Source: Candidatus Fermentibacterota bacterium
Lineage (GTDB): Bacteria; Fermentibacterota; Fermentibacteria; Fermentibacterales; JCC-6
Length of the DNA: 64,000 nt
Direction of reading: 5' to 3'
Assembly: GCA_963845085.1 (NCBI GenBank)
Contig: CAWJQI010000005.1
Span: 320,001-384,000, forward strand
Part shown: positions 52,791 to 61,821 of the stretch, piece by piece
How positions within the stretch are numbered: position 1 is the first letter of the stretch
Layout of the letters: the number at the start of each line of letters is the position of its first letter
Position numbers and translations under genes: made by a program
Notes under the pieces: generated by a model
Databases searched by the model: none
Seen by the model: only the letters and a program-made list of their open reading frames with translations
Told to the model about the DNA's origin: nothing

Positions 52791-54060
52791 CCCGCCCCGG
52801 ATCACGGCCGAACACAGCGAAACACACCGTTCCCAGAAGCCCGAACGCTGATGCGGTTATCAGCGCGGTCGCGGGTGAGGCGACCGATCGGAAGAACGGC
52901 AGAAGCGAACCTCCCGCGCCGAGAAACCCGACAACACGCTCCGCCGTCGAGGCATCCCAGAGGAATGCGCCTCCGAATGCGGCGATGGAGACGATGACGT
53001 CGCGCACGAGATAGTAGATCCCGAAAGTTGCCGCCTTCCTGCCCTCCGGGGCAAGGTCCATTATGAGCGCCTTGCGGGTCGGCTCGCCGAACTCCTTCAA
53101 ACCCCTCACGACGAACGCCAGGACCATCACCCAGAAAGACCGGGCGGCAAGCAGGACAAGCGGAAACACCGTGAAGAAGACGAAAGTGGCGACGACAAAC
53201 GGCTTTTTCGTGCTCCTGTCCGCCAGAAAGGCCACCGGCACGTAGACGAGCATCGCCGTGACCATCTCGACAGTGGTCAGAAGCCCGAACTGAAGCGGGG
53301 TTATCCTGTTGATGCTGACGCACCAGACGACGACGAAGGCATAGGGGATCTGCTCGCAGAACCTTACCAGGATGTCGGAGACGAGAAGGTTGCGGAGAGG
53401 GGCGTCAAGCAGGTCGGTTCCGTACGACCGGAGGGGGTGCCTGCGGACGTTTTCGCTCCTGTCCTCAGTGATCATCCGCTGCTGGATGAAAAGCGAAACA
53501 CCACCCAGGATGAAGGCGGCAACGAAGGCGGCACGGATGCCGTCCACTTCACCGAAGGCGCCGATCATCGTGCCGCCGATCACCGGCCCGAGCGCCATCG
53601 GAATGCGTCTGACGAGGGAGTGCATCGATACGCCCATCGTGCGCTTGTTTTTGGGCAGCACCGTTGAGACCATGTCCATGGTGGCCGGAAGGGAAATAGC
53701 CGTCCATGAAACGAAAAGGATCGAACCGAGGATCACGGCCTGCCAGCTTGTGACCACGATGACGACCAGATAGCCAAGCATCGCCACAAGGTTGAAAAGC
53801 ATCAGGGCCCGCTTGTGACCGAGCTTGTCGCTCGCGTACCCCCCCGGCAGTGAGTAAAGCGCACTCAGCAGGTTGTCCAGCCCGTTGAGCAGGCCAATGG
53901 AGAAGGCACCGCCGCCAAGGGCGATGAGGTAGAGGGGCAGGAACCGCTCCGCCATCTTCTCGCCGAGCCCGACAAGGATCACCATTGACATGAGCGCAAC
54001 GATGTTCCTCTTCAGCCCGAGGAATTCTGCCAGACGGCGGCCCCTTGTCGCGGTGTCCAT
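52777..54060 (-). CDS. MFS transporter
   Basis: About 12 TMs; GYASDKLGHK and FLADRSTKK motif A. Confidence 0.85.
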   Translation of the reverse strand: MDTATRGRRLAEFLGLKRNIVALMSMVILVGLGEKMAERFLPLYLIALGGGAFSIGLLNGLDNLLSALYSLPGGYASDKLGHKRALMLFNLVAMLGYLVVIVVTSWQAVILGSILFVSWTAISLPATMDMVSTVLPKNKRTMGVSMHSLVRRIPMALGPVIGGTMIGAFGEVDGIRAAFVAAFILGGVSLFIQQRMITEDRSENVRRHPLRSYGTDLLDAPLRNLLVSDILVRFCEQIPYAFVVVWCVSINRITPLQFGLLTTVEMVTAMLVYVPVAFLADRSTKKPFVVATFVFFTVFPLVLLAARSFWVMVLAFVVRGLKEFGEPTRKALIMDLAPEGRKAATFGIYYLVRDVIVSIAAFGGAFLWDASTAERVVGFLGAGGSLLPFFRSVASPATALITASAFGLLGTVCFAVFGRDPGRVREA

Positions 54061-54081
54061 TTCAGTCGGGTGGGCTCACTC

Positions 54082-55461
54082 TCAGATTCCCAGAACCAGT
54101 TTGACCGTCATGAAATAAATGACGACTCCGGTGATGTCCACAAAGGAGGCGAGGACCGGGCTCGCAACGACAGCCGGGTCGAGGCTGAGCCTTGATGCCC
54201 CCAGGGGAAGCATGGCGCCGGCCAGTGTGGAGGTCACGACCTGCAGCGCGAGTGCCAGGGCAATGGCGAAGCCGATCTGGTGAAGCGTAAACCCTGCCGG
54301 TATCGAAGCCCCTCCCCCGATCAGCATAACCCTGGCGTAGGCGAGGAGCCCGAGCAGAACCCCGAGCATCATCGCGACCCTGAGTTCCTTCCACAGTATC
54401 CCGCCGACGTCCCTGTAGCTGAGCTCCTTCAGCGACAGGGCACGGATAACAAGGGTGGCCGCCTGGCTCCCTGTATTTCCGCCGGCCCCCGCAAGCATGG
54501 GGATGAATGCCGCGAGAATGGCGAACTGAAGAAGAAGGCCCTGAAAACTCTGGATGACAAAACCCGACACGAGGCCGAGCATGGCCAGCCCCGTCACCCA
54601 GAAGACGCGGTTCCTGAAGTGGGCCATCGGGCTTGTCCGCAGGTAGGCCGATGAGTCGTGGCTGCCGGCGATGGCCATGAATTTCTCCATGTCCTCGGTG
54701 TGCTCCTGCGTGATGATGTCCAGCGCGTCGTCATGCGTGATTATCCCGACAAGCGCATCCGAGGCATCGACAACCGGAAGTGCGATAAGGTCGTACTTCT
54801 GAATCTTCCGGGCAGCCTCCTCCTGGTCGTCGCAGGCCCGGGCGGAGATAACCTCGGTTTCCATCATGTCTCCGACAAGCTTCTCCCGGCGGGCCACAAT
54901 GAGGTCCTTCAGCGATACATGACCGAGCAGTCTGCGCTCTTCGTCGACCACGAACGCCGTGTAGATGGTCTCGCGATCGGGGGCGATCTCCCTGAGCCGT
55001 TCGATGGCCTGATGGGCTGTAAGGCCGGGCTGAAGAGCGGCGTAGTCGGACGTCATGACCGCGCCGGCCGTGCCTTCCTCGTACGCAGTGAGGCGCCGTA
55101 TGTCCTCCCGCTCAGCCTGGGCCATCGCGGGAAGAATCCCCTCGCGCCGGTCGTCGGGCAGGCTCTTGAAAAGGTCGGCCCTGTCATCGGGCGGCATGTC
55201 CGTCATAAGACGGGCCACCTCCCTGCGCTTGAGGATGGTAATGAGGTCGACCTGGAAATCCAGGCTCATGTGAGTGAAAACATCCGCCCGAAGCTCGTCG
55301 TCGAGGTGGCGGAGGATGTCGCGGACCTGTTCCGGGGCGAAGCCCTCGAGAACCTCCGCCGCGGTTGCAGGATGGCTCCCCGCGCAGAGCGAGGCTATGG
55401 CCGGATAATCCGCCCTTGCAAGCAGGTCGCGGAGCATGTCGGCATCGAAGGGGTTCATCAT
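54082..55461 (-). CDS. mgtE: Magnesium transporter MgtE
   Basis: N-domain, CBS pair, GGNTGSQ, DPAVVASP..VDITG. Confidence 0.95.
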   Translation of the reverse strand: MMNPFDADMLRDLLARADYPAIASLCAGSHPATAAEVLEGFAPEQVRDILRHLDDELRADVFTHMSLDFQVDLITILKRREVARLMTDMPPDDRADLFKSLPDDRREGILPAMAQAEREDIRRLTAYEEGTAGAVMTSDYAALQPGLTAHQAIERLREIAPDRETIYTAFVVDEERRLLGHVSLKDLIVARREKLVGDMMETEVISARACDDQEEAARKIQKYDLIALPVVDASDALVGIITHDDALDIITQEHTEDMEKFMAIAGSHDSSAYLRTSPMAHFRNRVFWVTGLAMLGLVSGFVIQSFQGLLLQFAILAAFIPMLAGAGGNTGSQAATLVIRALSLKELSYRDVGGILWKELRVAMMLGVLLGLLAYARVMLIGGGASIPAGFTLHQIGFAIALALALQVVTSTLAGAMLPLGASRLSLDPAVVASPVLASFVDITGVVIYFMTVKLVLGI

Positions 55462-55611
55462 GGCTCACCTCCGCCCGCCCGGGCTTTCGGCCTCGGGCAC
55501 GGGGCGAGCCTACCGGTTCGTCACGGCTGTATGGCGGAAAGCCCTGAGGCTTTGTAACTCATCCTGTTCTGAAATGAACTCACAAATCTCCCCGGGGGGG
55601 GTTGGTCTGCT

Positions 55612-56049
55612 TCATTCATGATTCCGCTTCCGGATCCCTCTCTTTCCATCCCCGATTATTGCTGCCCCGGATGGGTCAGTGCAAGAGGCCGGCAGCCTTT
55701 TAAGTGACAGCAGGTGAATGGTGACCGCGATGCCCACCAGCAGAAGTGCGAGCTGCACCGGACGCGTTGCGGGCGTAACAAGGGCGCTTGCGGCAAGGGT
55801 TGCCCAGAGCAGGATGAGTGTTGCCGTCAGCTGTCCCCTTCCAACTGCCCTGTGCTCCCGGTAGTTCCTGATGTACGGTCCAAGCTGTCTGTGATTCATA
55901 AGCGAGCGGTACAGCCTGTCCGAACTTTTTACGAAGCACGCCGCCGCAAGGAGCAGGAACGGGGTTGTCGGCAGCAGGGGGAGAAATACGCCAAGCACGC
56001 CGAGCCCGAGGGCAAGCATGCCCGCGATGGCAAGAAGAGCCCTGTGAAT
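55612..56049 (-). CDS. YbaN / DUF454 membrane protein (start uncertain: ATT 56049 or ATG 56019)
   Basis: GVFLPLLPTTPFLLLAAACF..SS. Confidence 0.85.
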   Translation of the reverse strand: MHRALLAIAGMLALGLGVLGVFLPLLPTTPFLLLAAACFVKSSDRLYRSLMNHRQLGPYIRNYREHRAVGRGQLTATLILLWATLAASALVTPATRPVQLALLLVGIAVTIHLLSLKRLPASCTDPSGAAIIGDGKRGIRKRNHE

Positions 56050-56054
56050 GGCCG

Positions 56055-56588
56055 TTACTCCCCGCCCCTGGTGGCGGCGTAACCGAGGGCTGCGGGAAGA
56101 CCGGTCGCGGAGGGAGTGCCGGCCCAGGTCGCCAGGTATGCGGCGCCAAGCCTTTCTATGTGCTTCTTCTCGTTGTCGAAGTAATTCAGGTGGATCTGCT
56201 CCTCCGCAACAACGGTTTCGAGGATTTTTGCCGTTATGCTGTCGGACGCTTCACGGCATCGGGCAAGAAACCCGTTGTACGCCGCAATGGTGTCCTGCTC
56301 GAGCGTTGAATCGAACCCGAAGATGACCTCGACGCCCTGGCCGTGCTGAACCTTCGCAGCCCTGTCCGTCAGGGGTTCGCCGCCAAGCTCCTTGATCCTC
56401 TCGGCGAACATCTCGGCGTGCCTCATCTCATCGATCGCGATGAGCTTCACCTTCCCGGCGGGAAGGCCGTAGTCCATGTCGTCGAGGTTGTAATGCTGGT
56501 TCATGTACTGCGATATCGCATGGAGCTCCATTGCCCTTGCCCTGTTGAGAAGGTCAATGATCCCGGTCCGTTCGTCAGCGGTCACCAC
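56055..56588 (-). CDS. Bacterioferritin / ferritin-like protein
   Basis: ELHAISQYMNQH, DEMRHAE..ERI, EEQIH ferroxidase ligands. Confidence 0.88.
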   Translation of the reverse strand: MVTADERTGIIDLLNRARAMELHAISQYMNQHYNLDDMDYGLPAGKVKLIAIDEMRHAEMFAERIKELGGEPLTDRAAKVQHGQGVEVIFGFDSTLEQDTIAAYNGFLARCREASDSITAKILETVVAEEQIHLNYFDNEKKHIERLGAAYLATWAGTPSATGLPAALGYAATRGGE

Positions 56589-56681
56589 GGTCTCCCTTCG
56601 ATGTCGACCCGGGGCGGACAAAGGCCCCGGAAAGCCTGTCATTCCCTTTTATCATAACAATGCATGGGTCCGGATGCATTC

Positions 56682-58103
56682 TCAGTCCTCAACGACATTG
56701 TCCTGGAACTCTTTTCTGGCTTCCGCCCACTTCACGGCGTCCCATCCGTTCTCAGGGTCGATACAGCCTGCTGCCTTCCGGCCCATCTCCATGGCATGGT
56801 GTGCGTTGTCATGGACGAACAGACCCTGCCTGCCGAGGCACGCAATCCCGGGAATGCCGAGAAGCCACCTGTCCAGTACCGAATAGTGCTCTCTCCAGCC
56901 CATCGGGTACGACGGATATGCCTCGGGAAGACGGCGTGTGAAGACGGCGGAAAAGGCGGGCAGCAGGATGCCGGCTTCCGCAAGGTTTTTCCTGAGCAGT
57001 CCGCCTATCGCCTCATCCCCCATCGTCCAGAGAGGATCGGTCCGCCAGCACGGCAATTCGAAACAGAGGCCTGTTGAATCGGGAGGATGAACGCTGCCTT
57101 CATAGTTCTTCCTCTCCGACATGCGCGACGGCACAATTCCGGCACCGGGAAAGTAATGGGCGTCGAAGGGTGAGAACCGCCCGGTCCGAAGGGTGACGAA
57201 GCAGAGGACCATGGAGCGGAATGAGAGAGATCTTCTGGCCGCTTCGACATCGTCCGGGATGAGCGGTGCAAGAATGGCTGCGAATTCGGTCACCGGGATG
57301 GTGGAGAGGATGAAGTCCGCGGGCAGGGAATGTTCACCGGTTTCGGAGGAATACCGTACCGATCCGCCCCTGCCGGGAGCGGGAGCACTCACCCCTGTCA
57401 CCGTTGCGCCGAATTCGATCCTCCCGCCCATTTTTTCGACTGCGGCTGCAGCCGAACTGAAAATGGTGCCGAAACCGCCCGCGGGATAATGGAAGGTGCG
57501 ACGGTCGACCCTCTGTCGCGGTGGCGCAAACAGCCTGCGCATCATCTTCCCTATCGTGCCGGCTGACACCCTTCTTCTGGCCTGCTCGCCCGAAAGCCGG
57601 GAAGGTGAAAGCCCCCAGAGCTTTTCGGCGTACGGAAAGTAGAACCGCCTGCAGATTGTGCCGCCCAGGCCGTGCAGCATGATGTCCGCGAAGGATGCGT
57701 CGGCCGGAGCCTTCTTCCGGAAGGGTACGGCGGCTGCATCGGCCATTGCACCGAACGCAAAGGAGGGCGGCATGTGGAGCAGCATGTCGGCTGCGGACAG
57801 AGGAAAACGAAGATGCCTGCCCTCGAGAAGGATCCGGCCATTTCTGGGCCTTGAAAGGAACCTGTCGCCCAGAAGTTCCCTGACCTCGCCGAGCAGTTCA
57901 GGGGAGGCGGCGGGATGGAACCTGTGGCTGCCCAGGTCCCAGGTCAGCCCCTCCAAGGAAAAACTTCCTGCCATGCCGCCCGGCGTGGCCTCCCGCTCGA
58001 TTACCGTGACCCCGATGCCGGGGTGGCGCCGCAGAAGGCAGAGCGCCGCCCACATGCCGGCAGGGCCTCCACCGAGTATCGCAACGCGCCTTATCGCGGG
58101 CAC
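56682..58103 (-). CDS. FAD-dependent oxidoreductase (HemY/UGM-like, polysaccharide-locus type)
   Basis: GGGPAG, DLGSHRFH, AYP, GRQG..H.NAHH. Confidence 0.75.
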   Translation of the reverse strand: MPAIRRVAILGGGPAGMWAALCLLRRHPGIGVTVIEREATPGGMAGSFSLEGLTWDLGSHRFHPAASPELLGEVRELLGDRFLSRPRNGRILLEGRHLRFPLSAADMLLHMPPSFAFGAMADAAAVPFRKKAPADASFADIMLHGLGGTICRRFYFPYAEKLWGLSPSRLSGEQARRRVSAGTIGKMMRRLFAPPRQRVDRRTFHYPAGGFGTIFSSAAAAVEKMGGRIEFGATVTGVSAPAPGRGGSVRYSSETGEHSLPADFILSTIPVTEFAAILAPLIPDDVEAARRSLSFRSMVLCFVTLRTGRFSPFDAHYFPGAGIVPSRMSERKNYEGSVHPPDSTGLCFELPCWRTDPLWTMGDEAIGGLLRKNLAEAGILLPAFSAVFTRRLPEAYPSYPMGWREHYSVLDRWLLGIPGIACLGRQGLFVHDNAHHAMEMGRKAAGCIDPENGWDAVKWAEARKEFQDNVVED

Positions 58104-60050
58104 CTAAAGCCTGCTCCTGCCGGGGAGAATGTTCCTCACGTAGTCATCCGACGCGATGTACATGCCGTACCAGAGTGAGTAATTGAGAATGCCCCAGAGA
58201 GCCCTTCCGTTGTCCCGTTTTCCCGACTGATGGTCGTTCCAGAGGTCAAGCACCCCGGCGTTGTCAAGGAGGCCCGACGTGATCGCAGGGGACTGGAAAA
58301 TGGAATCGTGGGCGTACTCCATGAGCTGTGTTCTGAACCACTTCGAGTAGGGCATCTCAAGCCCCACCTTTTTCTTGTTGATGATCTTCCCGGGAAGAAT
58401 GCCTTTCATCGCCTTCCGCAGCAGGTTCTTCTTCCTGAACCCCGGAAGTTTCAACCCGTCGGGGACGGATGCAAGAAAGCGGAACAGGGCGATGTCGGTG
58501 AATGGCACGCGGGCCTCGATGGAATGGGCCATCGTCATCCTGTCGTTCTTTATCATGAGATCGTTCGCAAGATGGGTGGTGGCATCGATCCGGAGGAGCT
58601 TCGAAAGGCTGGAGTCGCCGGAGGCCGCGCTGTAGATCTCAGTAAAAAAAGACTCCGACGCGGGAAACGCCCCATTTGCACCGGGAAACACCCTTCGCCT
58701 GTCCTCCCCCGTCAGGACGGCCCTCCATGCAAAGTGGGATTCGGGGACGCCGAGTTCTGATCCGGCTGCGAACCGCTTCGCCCTGAACTCAAGGCTGAGC
58801 TTGCTGGTGGACACCGGAAGCGCATTCACAAGAGGCGCTATCACGCCCCTTCTTGCGAATCCGGGGACCAGCCTGCGGTAGAGCATCCTTGCCTTCATGG
58901 CTGCGTGGGTGTCGTAACCCGCGAACAACTCGTCACCCCCTTCGCCGGACAGGAGCACGGTGACAAGAGGGGCTGCCTCGGAGGAAAGAAGCCATGTTGG
59001 AACGGCCGAGCCGTCACCGTAAGGCTCGTCTATGTGTGCCAGGCAGTTCGGCAGAACGGCGGAAACCTTTTCGGGGGTGACTGTTATTTCGTGGTGCGTG
59101 GTCCCCATTCTCGCAGCGACAAGCCTGGCGTAGGATGATTCGTCGAAGCTGGGTTCATCGAAGGCAAGCGAAAACGTATGAAAGTCCGCCCCCCCCCTTG
59201 CCTCGACCATCAGGGCCGTGAGCGCACTCGAGTCCATCCCCCCCGACAGCATCACCCCCACGGGGACGTCACTCACAAGCTGCCTTGCCACGGCCTCCCT
59301 CAAAAGGCTGAGCGACTCCTCGACCGCGGTCCGTTCATCAAGCGAATCATCGGGAGGGCAATCAGGCTCGAAAATTCTCCATCGGGCGGTGACGCCGCAG
59401 CCGGGTCTCAACTCCATCGCGGTTCCGGGCACAAGTTCGCTTATGCCCTTGAATGGGGTCAGGCATCCCGGAACGTAGTTGAAGGCCAGGTAGTGAAAGA
59501 GCGCCTCTTCGTCAGCCCTTCTGACAAGCGAGGGCGCCTGCAGCAGGCTTTTTATCTCGGATGCAAACCAGAAGCCGCCTCCGTGCTCCATGTAAAAAAG
59601 GGGCTTGATCCCGAAGGGGTCACGGGCGAGCAACAGCCTGTCCCGCCGGGAGTCCCAGATGGCCAGGGAGAACATCCCGTTGAGATGCCTCAGGAAGTCG
59701 GCACCCAGTTTCTCGTAGAGATGCAGCAAAACCTCGGTGTCGGTCCGGGAACGAAAACGGAAATCCCGCTCGAGCCCGAAATCACGTTTGAGTTCCCTGA
59801 AGTTGTACACCTCGCCGTTGTAGGCGATCCACACCCTGCCGTCCTCGCTGGACATGGGCTGCCGGCCCGCGGCGGAAAGGTCGATAACGCTCAGCCTGCG
59901 ATGTGCGAGGCCGCACGGACCAACCCATTCGATACCCTCGTCGTCCGGTCCCCGGTGGGAGAGAACCCGGGACATGGCCGACAGCGCATCGGAAGTTTCG
60001 CGGTTCCTGTCGCCGGGACTTCCAAGGAGAACTCCCGCAAAGCCGCACAC
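58104..60050 (-). CDS. asnB: Asparagine synthase (glutamine-hydrolysing) family amidotransferase
   Basis: MCGFAG, HRGPD, NGEVYN, LSGGMDSS, SGEGGDE. Confidence 0.9.
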   Translation of the reverse strand: MCGFAGVLLGSPGDRNRETSDALSAMSRVLSHRGPDDEGIEWVGPCGLAHRRLSVIDLSAAGRQPMSSEDGRVWIAYNGEVYNFRELKRDFGLERDFRFRSRTDTEVLLHLYEKLGADFLRHLNGMFSLAIWDSRRDRLLLARDPFGIKPLFYMEHGGGFWFASEIKSLLQAPSLVRRADEEALFHYLAFNYVPGCLTPFKGISELVPGTAMELRPGCGVTARWRIFEPDCPPDDSLDERTAVEESLSLLREAVARQLVSDVPVGVMLSGGMDSSALTALMVEARGGADFHTFSLAFDEPSFDESSYARLVAARMGTTHHEITVTPEKVSAVLPNCLAHIDEPYGDGSAVPTWLLSSEAAPLVTVLLSGEGGDELFAGYDTHAAMKARMLYRRLVPGFARRGVIAPLVNALPVSTSKLSLEFRAKRFAAGSELGVPESHFAWRAVLTGEDRRRVFPGANGAFPASESFFTEIYSAASGDSSLSKLLRIDATTHLANDLMIKNDRMTMAHSIEARVPFTDIALFRFLASVPDGLKLPGFRKKNLLRKAMKGILPGKIINKKKVGLEMPYSKWFRTQLMEYAHDSIFQSPAITSGLLDNAGVLDLWNDHQSGKRDNGRALWGILNYSLWYGMYIASDDYVRNILPGRSRL

Positions 60051-60055
60051 CCGCG

Positions 60056-60943
60056 CTACCGCCTGGCTGCCAGGGCCTCGGCGACCATGCCGACGAGAAG
60101 TACCTGCAGGCTCGAAACGAGGAAAATAACAGTGGTTGTCGAAATGATCGGGTAACGCACCAGTTCCGGACCCAGGCCGACCTGGCCGGCGGCGATTATG
60201 AAATCAAGCACGAGCTTGGCGAACCCGAAGCAGAACAGGACTGCGGAGGTTGGCAGGAAGACCTTGAGGGGGCGGAACAGCACGGCCAGCCTGAGCACCA
60301 GCATGAGGAAGTTCGGAAAATGCCCCGGCCGTATCTTCGACGACCCCTCCCTTGCGTGGTAGTCGATCGGGATGAACCTTACAGGAACTCCGTCGCACAG
60401 GGAGGCGACAGTGATTGTCGTGGTGAACGAGAAACCGTCGGGGAGAAGATGGAGATACCTTGTCGCAAGGCTTCGCGTGAAGACCCTGAGCCCCGAGTTG
60501 AGATCGGGTATGCTTGTTCCCGTCAGTCGGTTCGCAAGCCTGTTGAGAACCCACTTGGCCGGCTTTCGCACCAGGGGGATGCGAACGTTTTCACCGGTCC
60601 GGCTTCCAACGGCCATCTCCGATGATTCGAGAGCCTGGAACAGCTCCGGAACCCGCTCCACCGGGTAGGTCCCGTCTGCGTCCGTGATTGCTATTACGGC
60701 GCAATCCGAATTCCTGATGCCGGTTTTGAGCGATGCCCCGTAGCCGAGGTTTCGCTCGTGCGAGACAACCCTCACTCCGGTCGAGACGGCAAGGCTTCCG
60801 GTGGCGTCGGTGGAACCGTCGTTAACTACAATTACCTCTCCATCGATCCCGGAGCGGTCCAGCATTGCCCGCACCTTTTCAACGGTGGAGACGATTGACT
60901 GCTCTTCATTGAAGGCGGGGATTATCACAGAAAGCCGCTTCAA
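60056..60943 (-). CDS. Glycosyltransferase family 2
   Basis: IIPAFNE, VVNDGSTD, TDADG, C-terminal TMs. Confidence 0.9.
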   Translation of the reverse strand: MKRLSVIIPAFNEEQSIVSTVEKVRAMLDRSGIDGEVIVVNDGSTDATGSLAVSTGVRVVSHERNLGYGASLKTGIRNSDCAVIAITDADGTYPVERVPELFQALESSEMAVGSRTGENVRIPLVRKPAKWVLNRLANRLTGTSIPDLNSGLRVFTRSLATRYLHLLPDGFSFTTTITVASLCDGVPVRFIPIDYHAREGSSKIRPGHFPNFLMLVLRLAVLFRPLKVFLPTSAVLFCFGFAKLVLDFIIAAGQVGLGPELVRYPIISTTTVIFLVSSLQVLLVGMVAEALAARR

Positions 60944-60967
60944 GGGACTCCTTCACACAAGGGGGGT

Positions 60968-60996
60968 CGACCCGCGCCCGGGACGGGCACGGGTCG
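60968..60996 (-). terminator. Hairpin after the DUF378 gene
   Basis: CGACCCGTGCCCG-TCC-CGGGCGCGGGTCG on minus, one U.G pair. Confidence 0.4.
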
Positions 60997-61001
60997 GATG
61001 G

Positions 61002-61211
61002 CTATCTCAGCTTGCCGAGGGTCGAGAAAAGACCCCAGACTCCTGCCAGGCCGACGAGCACGTAGATGATCCTTGCGGTTTCAAAGGTGAATCCGAGGAT
61101 ACCCATGATGAGGTCTTTCTGGAGAACTCCCATGAGCCCCCAGTTGATCCCGCCGATCACAAGCAGGATGAGAGCGAGGTAATCGATGAACGATGCTTTC
61201 TTTCCGGACAA
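61002..61211 (-). CDS. DUF378 small membrane protein
   Basis: LLVIGGINWGL..RIIYVLVGLAG; GGAGG RBS. Confidence 0.85.
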   Translation of the reverse strand: MSGKKASFIDYLALILLVIGGINWGLMGVLQKDLIMGILGFTFETARIIYVLVGLAGVWGLFSTLGKLR

Positions 61212-61260
61212 TTCACACCCTCCCTTCGGTACTGCGCCACCGGACTATTATAGCCATTGG

Positions 61261-61821
61261 CTATGGTCCACCAAGTATTTCGAGGTTGGCCGCGAGCGCC
61301 CCGCCCGCAAGCAGATCGCCATACGCCCCCAAAAGGTGCTCGTGCCTGAGCCCGGGGATAAGCCCTTTTCTCAGAACCTCGGAGAGAAGGGCGGTGTTCT
61401 GCATCCGGGGGTCTGCAAGGTCATCGCGGAACACCCGTGCAACGGTGATGTCACGCCTTGCGCATTCACCGTGAAGCGCTTCGACCGATACGACGGGCAC
61501 GGAGCCGTTCCTCACGTCGAATGGCTGCCAGACCGCGTCATAATAGGCAAGCGCCCCTCCGTTTCGAAGGTAGGCCGTTACAGCCCTCAGCGCTTCGTGA
61601 CGCTCGAGCGCGATTACGATGTCGGCCTCGCCCGGTGCGACGAGCGGCGAAAACTCCCCGCTTCCCGTCCGAATCTGGGAGATGACCGTCCCGCCGCGCT
61701 GGGCAAGGCCGTGGGTGTCCACCCCCCTCACCTCCATGCCGGCCCTCGACAGCGCACGGAGAAGGACTTCGCTGAGAAGGCCGATGCCCTGGCCTCCAAC
61801 GCCGGTCATGTGAATGTTCAT
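61261..61821 (-). CDS. iorB: Indolepyruvate:ferredoxin oxidoreductase beta subunit
   Basis: GVGGQG, HGLAQRGG; ATGA overlap with the iorA stop. Confidence 0.9.
   Translation of the reverse strand: MNIHMTGVGGQGIGLLSEVLLRALSRAGMEVRGVDTHGLAQRGGTVISQIRTGSGEFSPLVAPGEADIVIALERHEALRAVTAYLRNGGALAYYDAVWQPFDVRNGSVPVVSVEALHGECARRDITVARVFRDDLADPRMQNTALLSEVLRKGLIPGLRHEHLLGAYGDLLAGGALAANLEILGGP

Noticed and set aside
55462..55619. M-box (ykoK), yybP-ykoY or NiCo riboswitch upstream of mgtE
   Set aside because: Their conserved cores were not recognisable by eye; reported instead as a candidate new leader.
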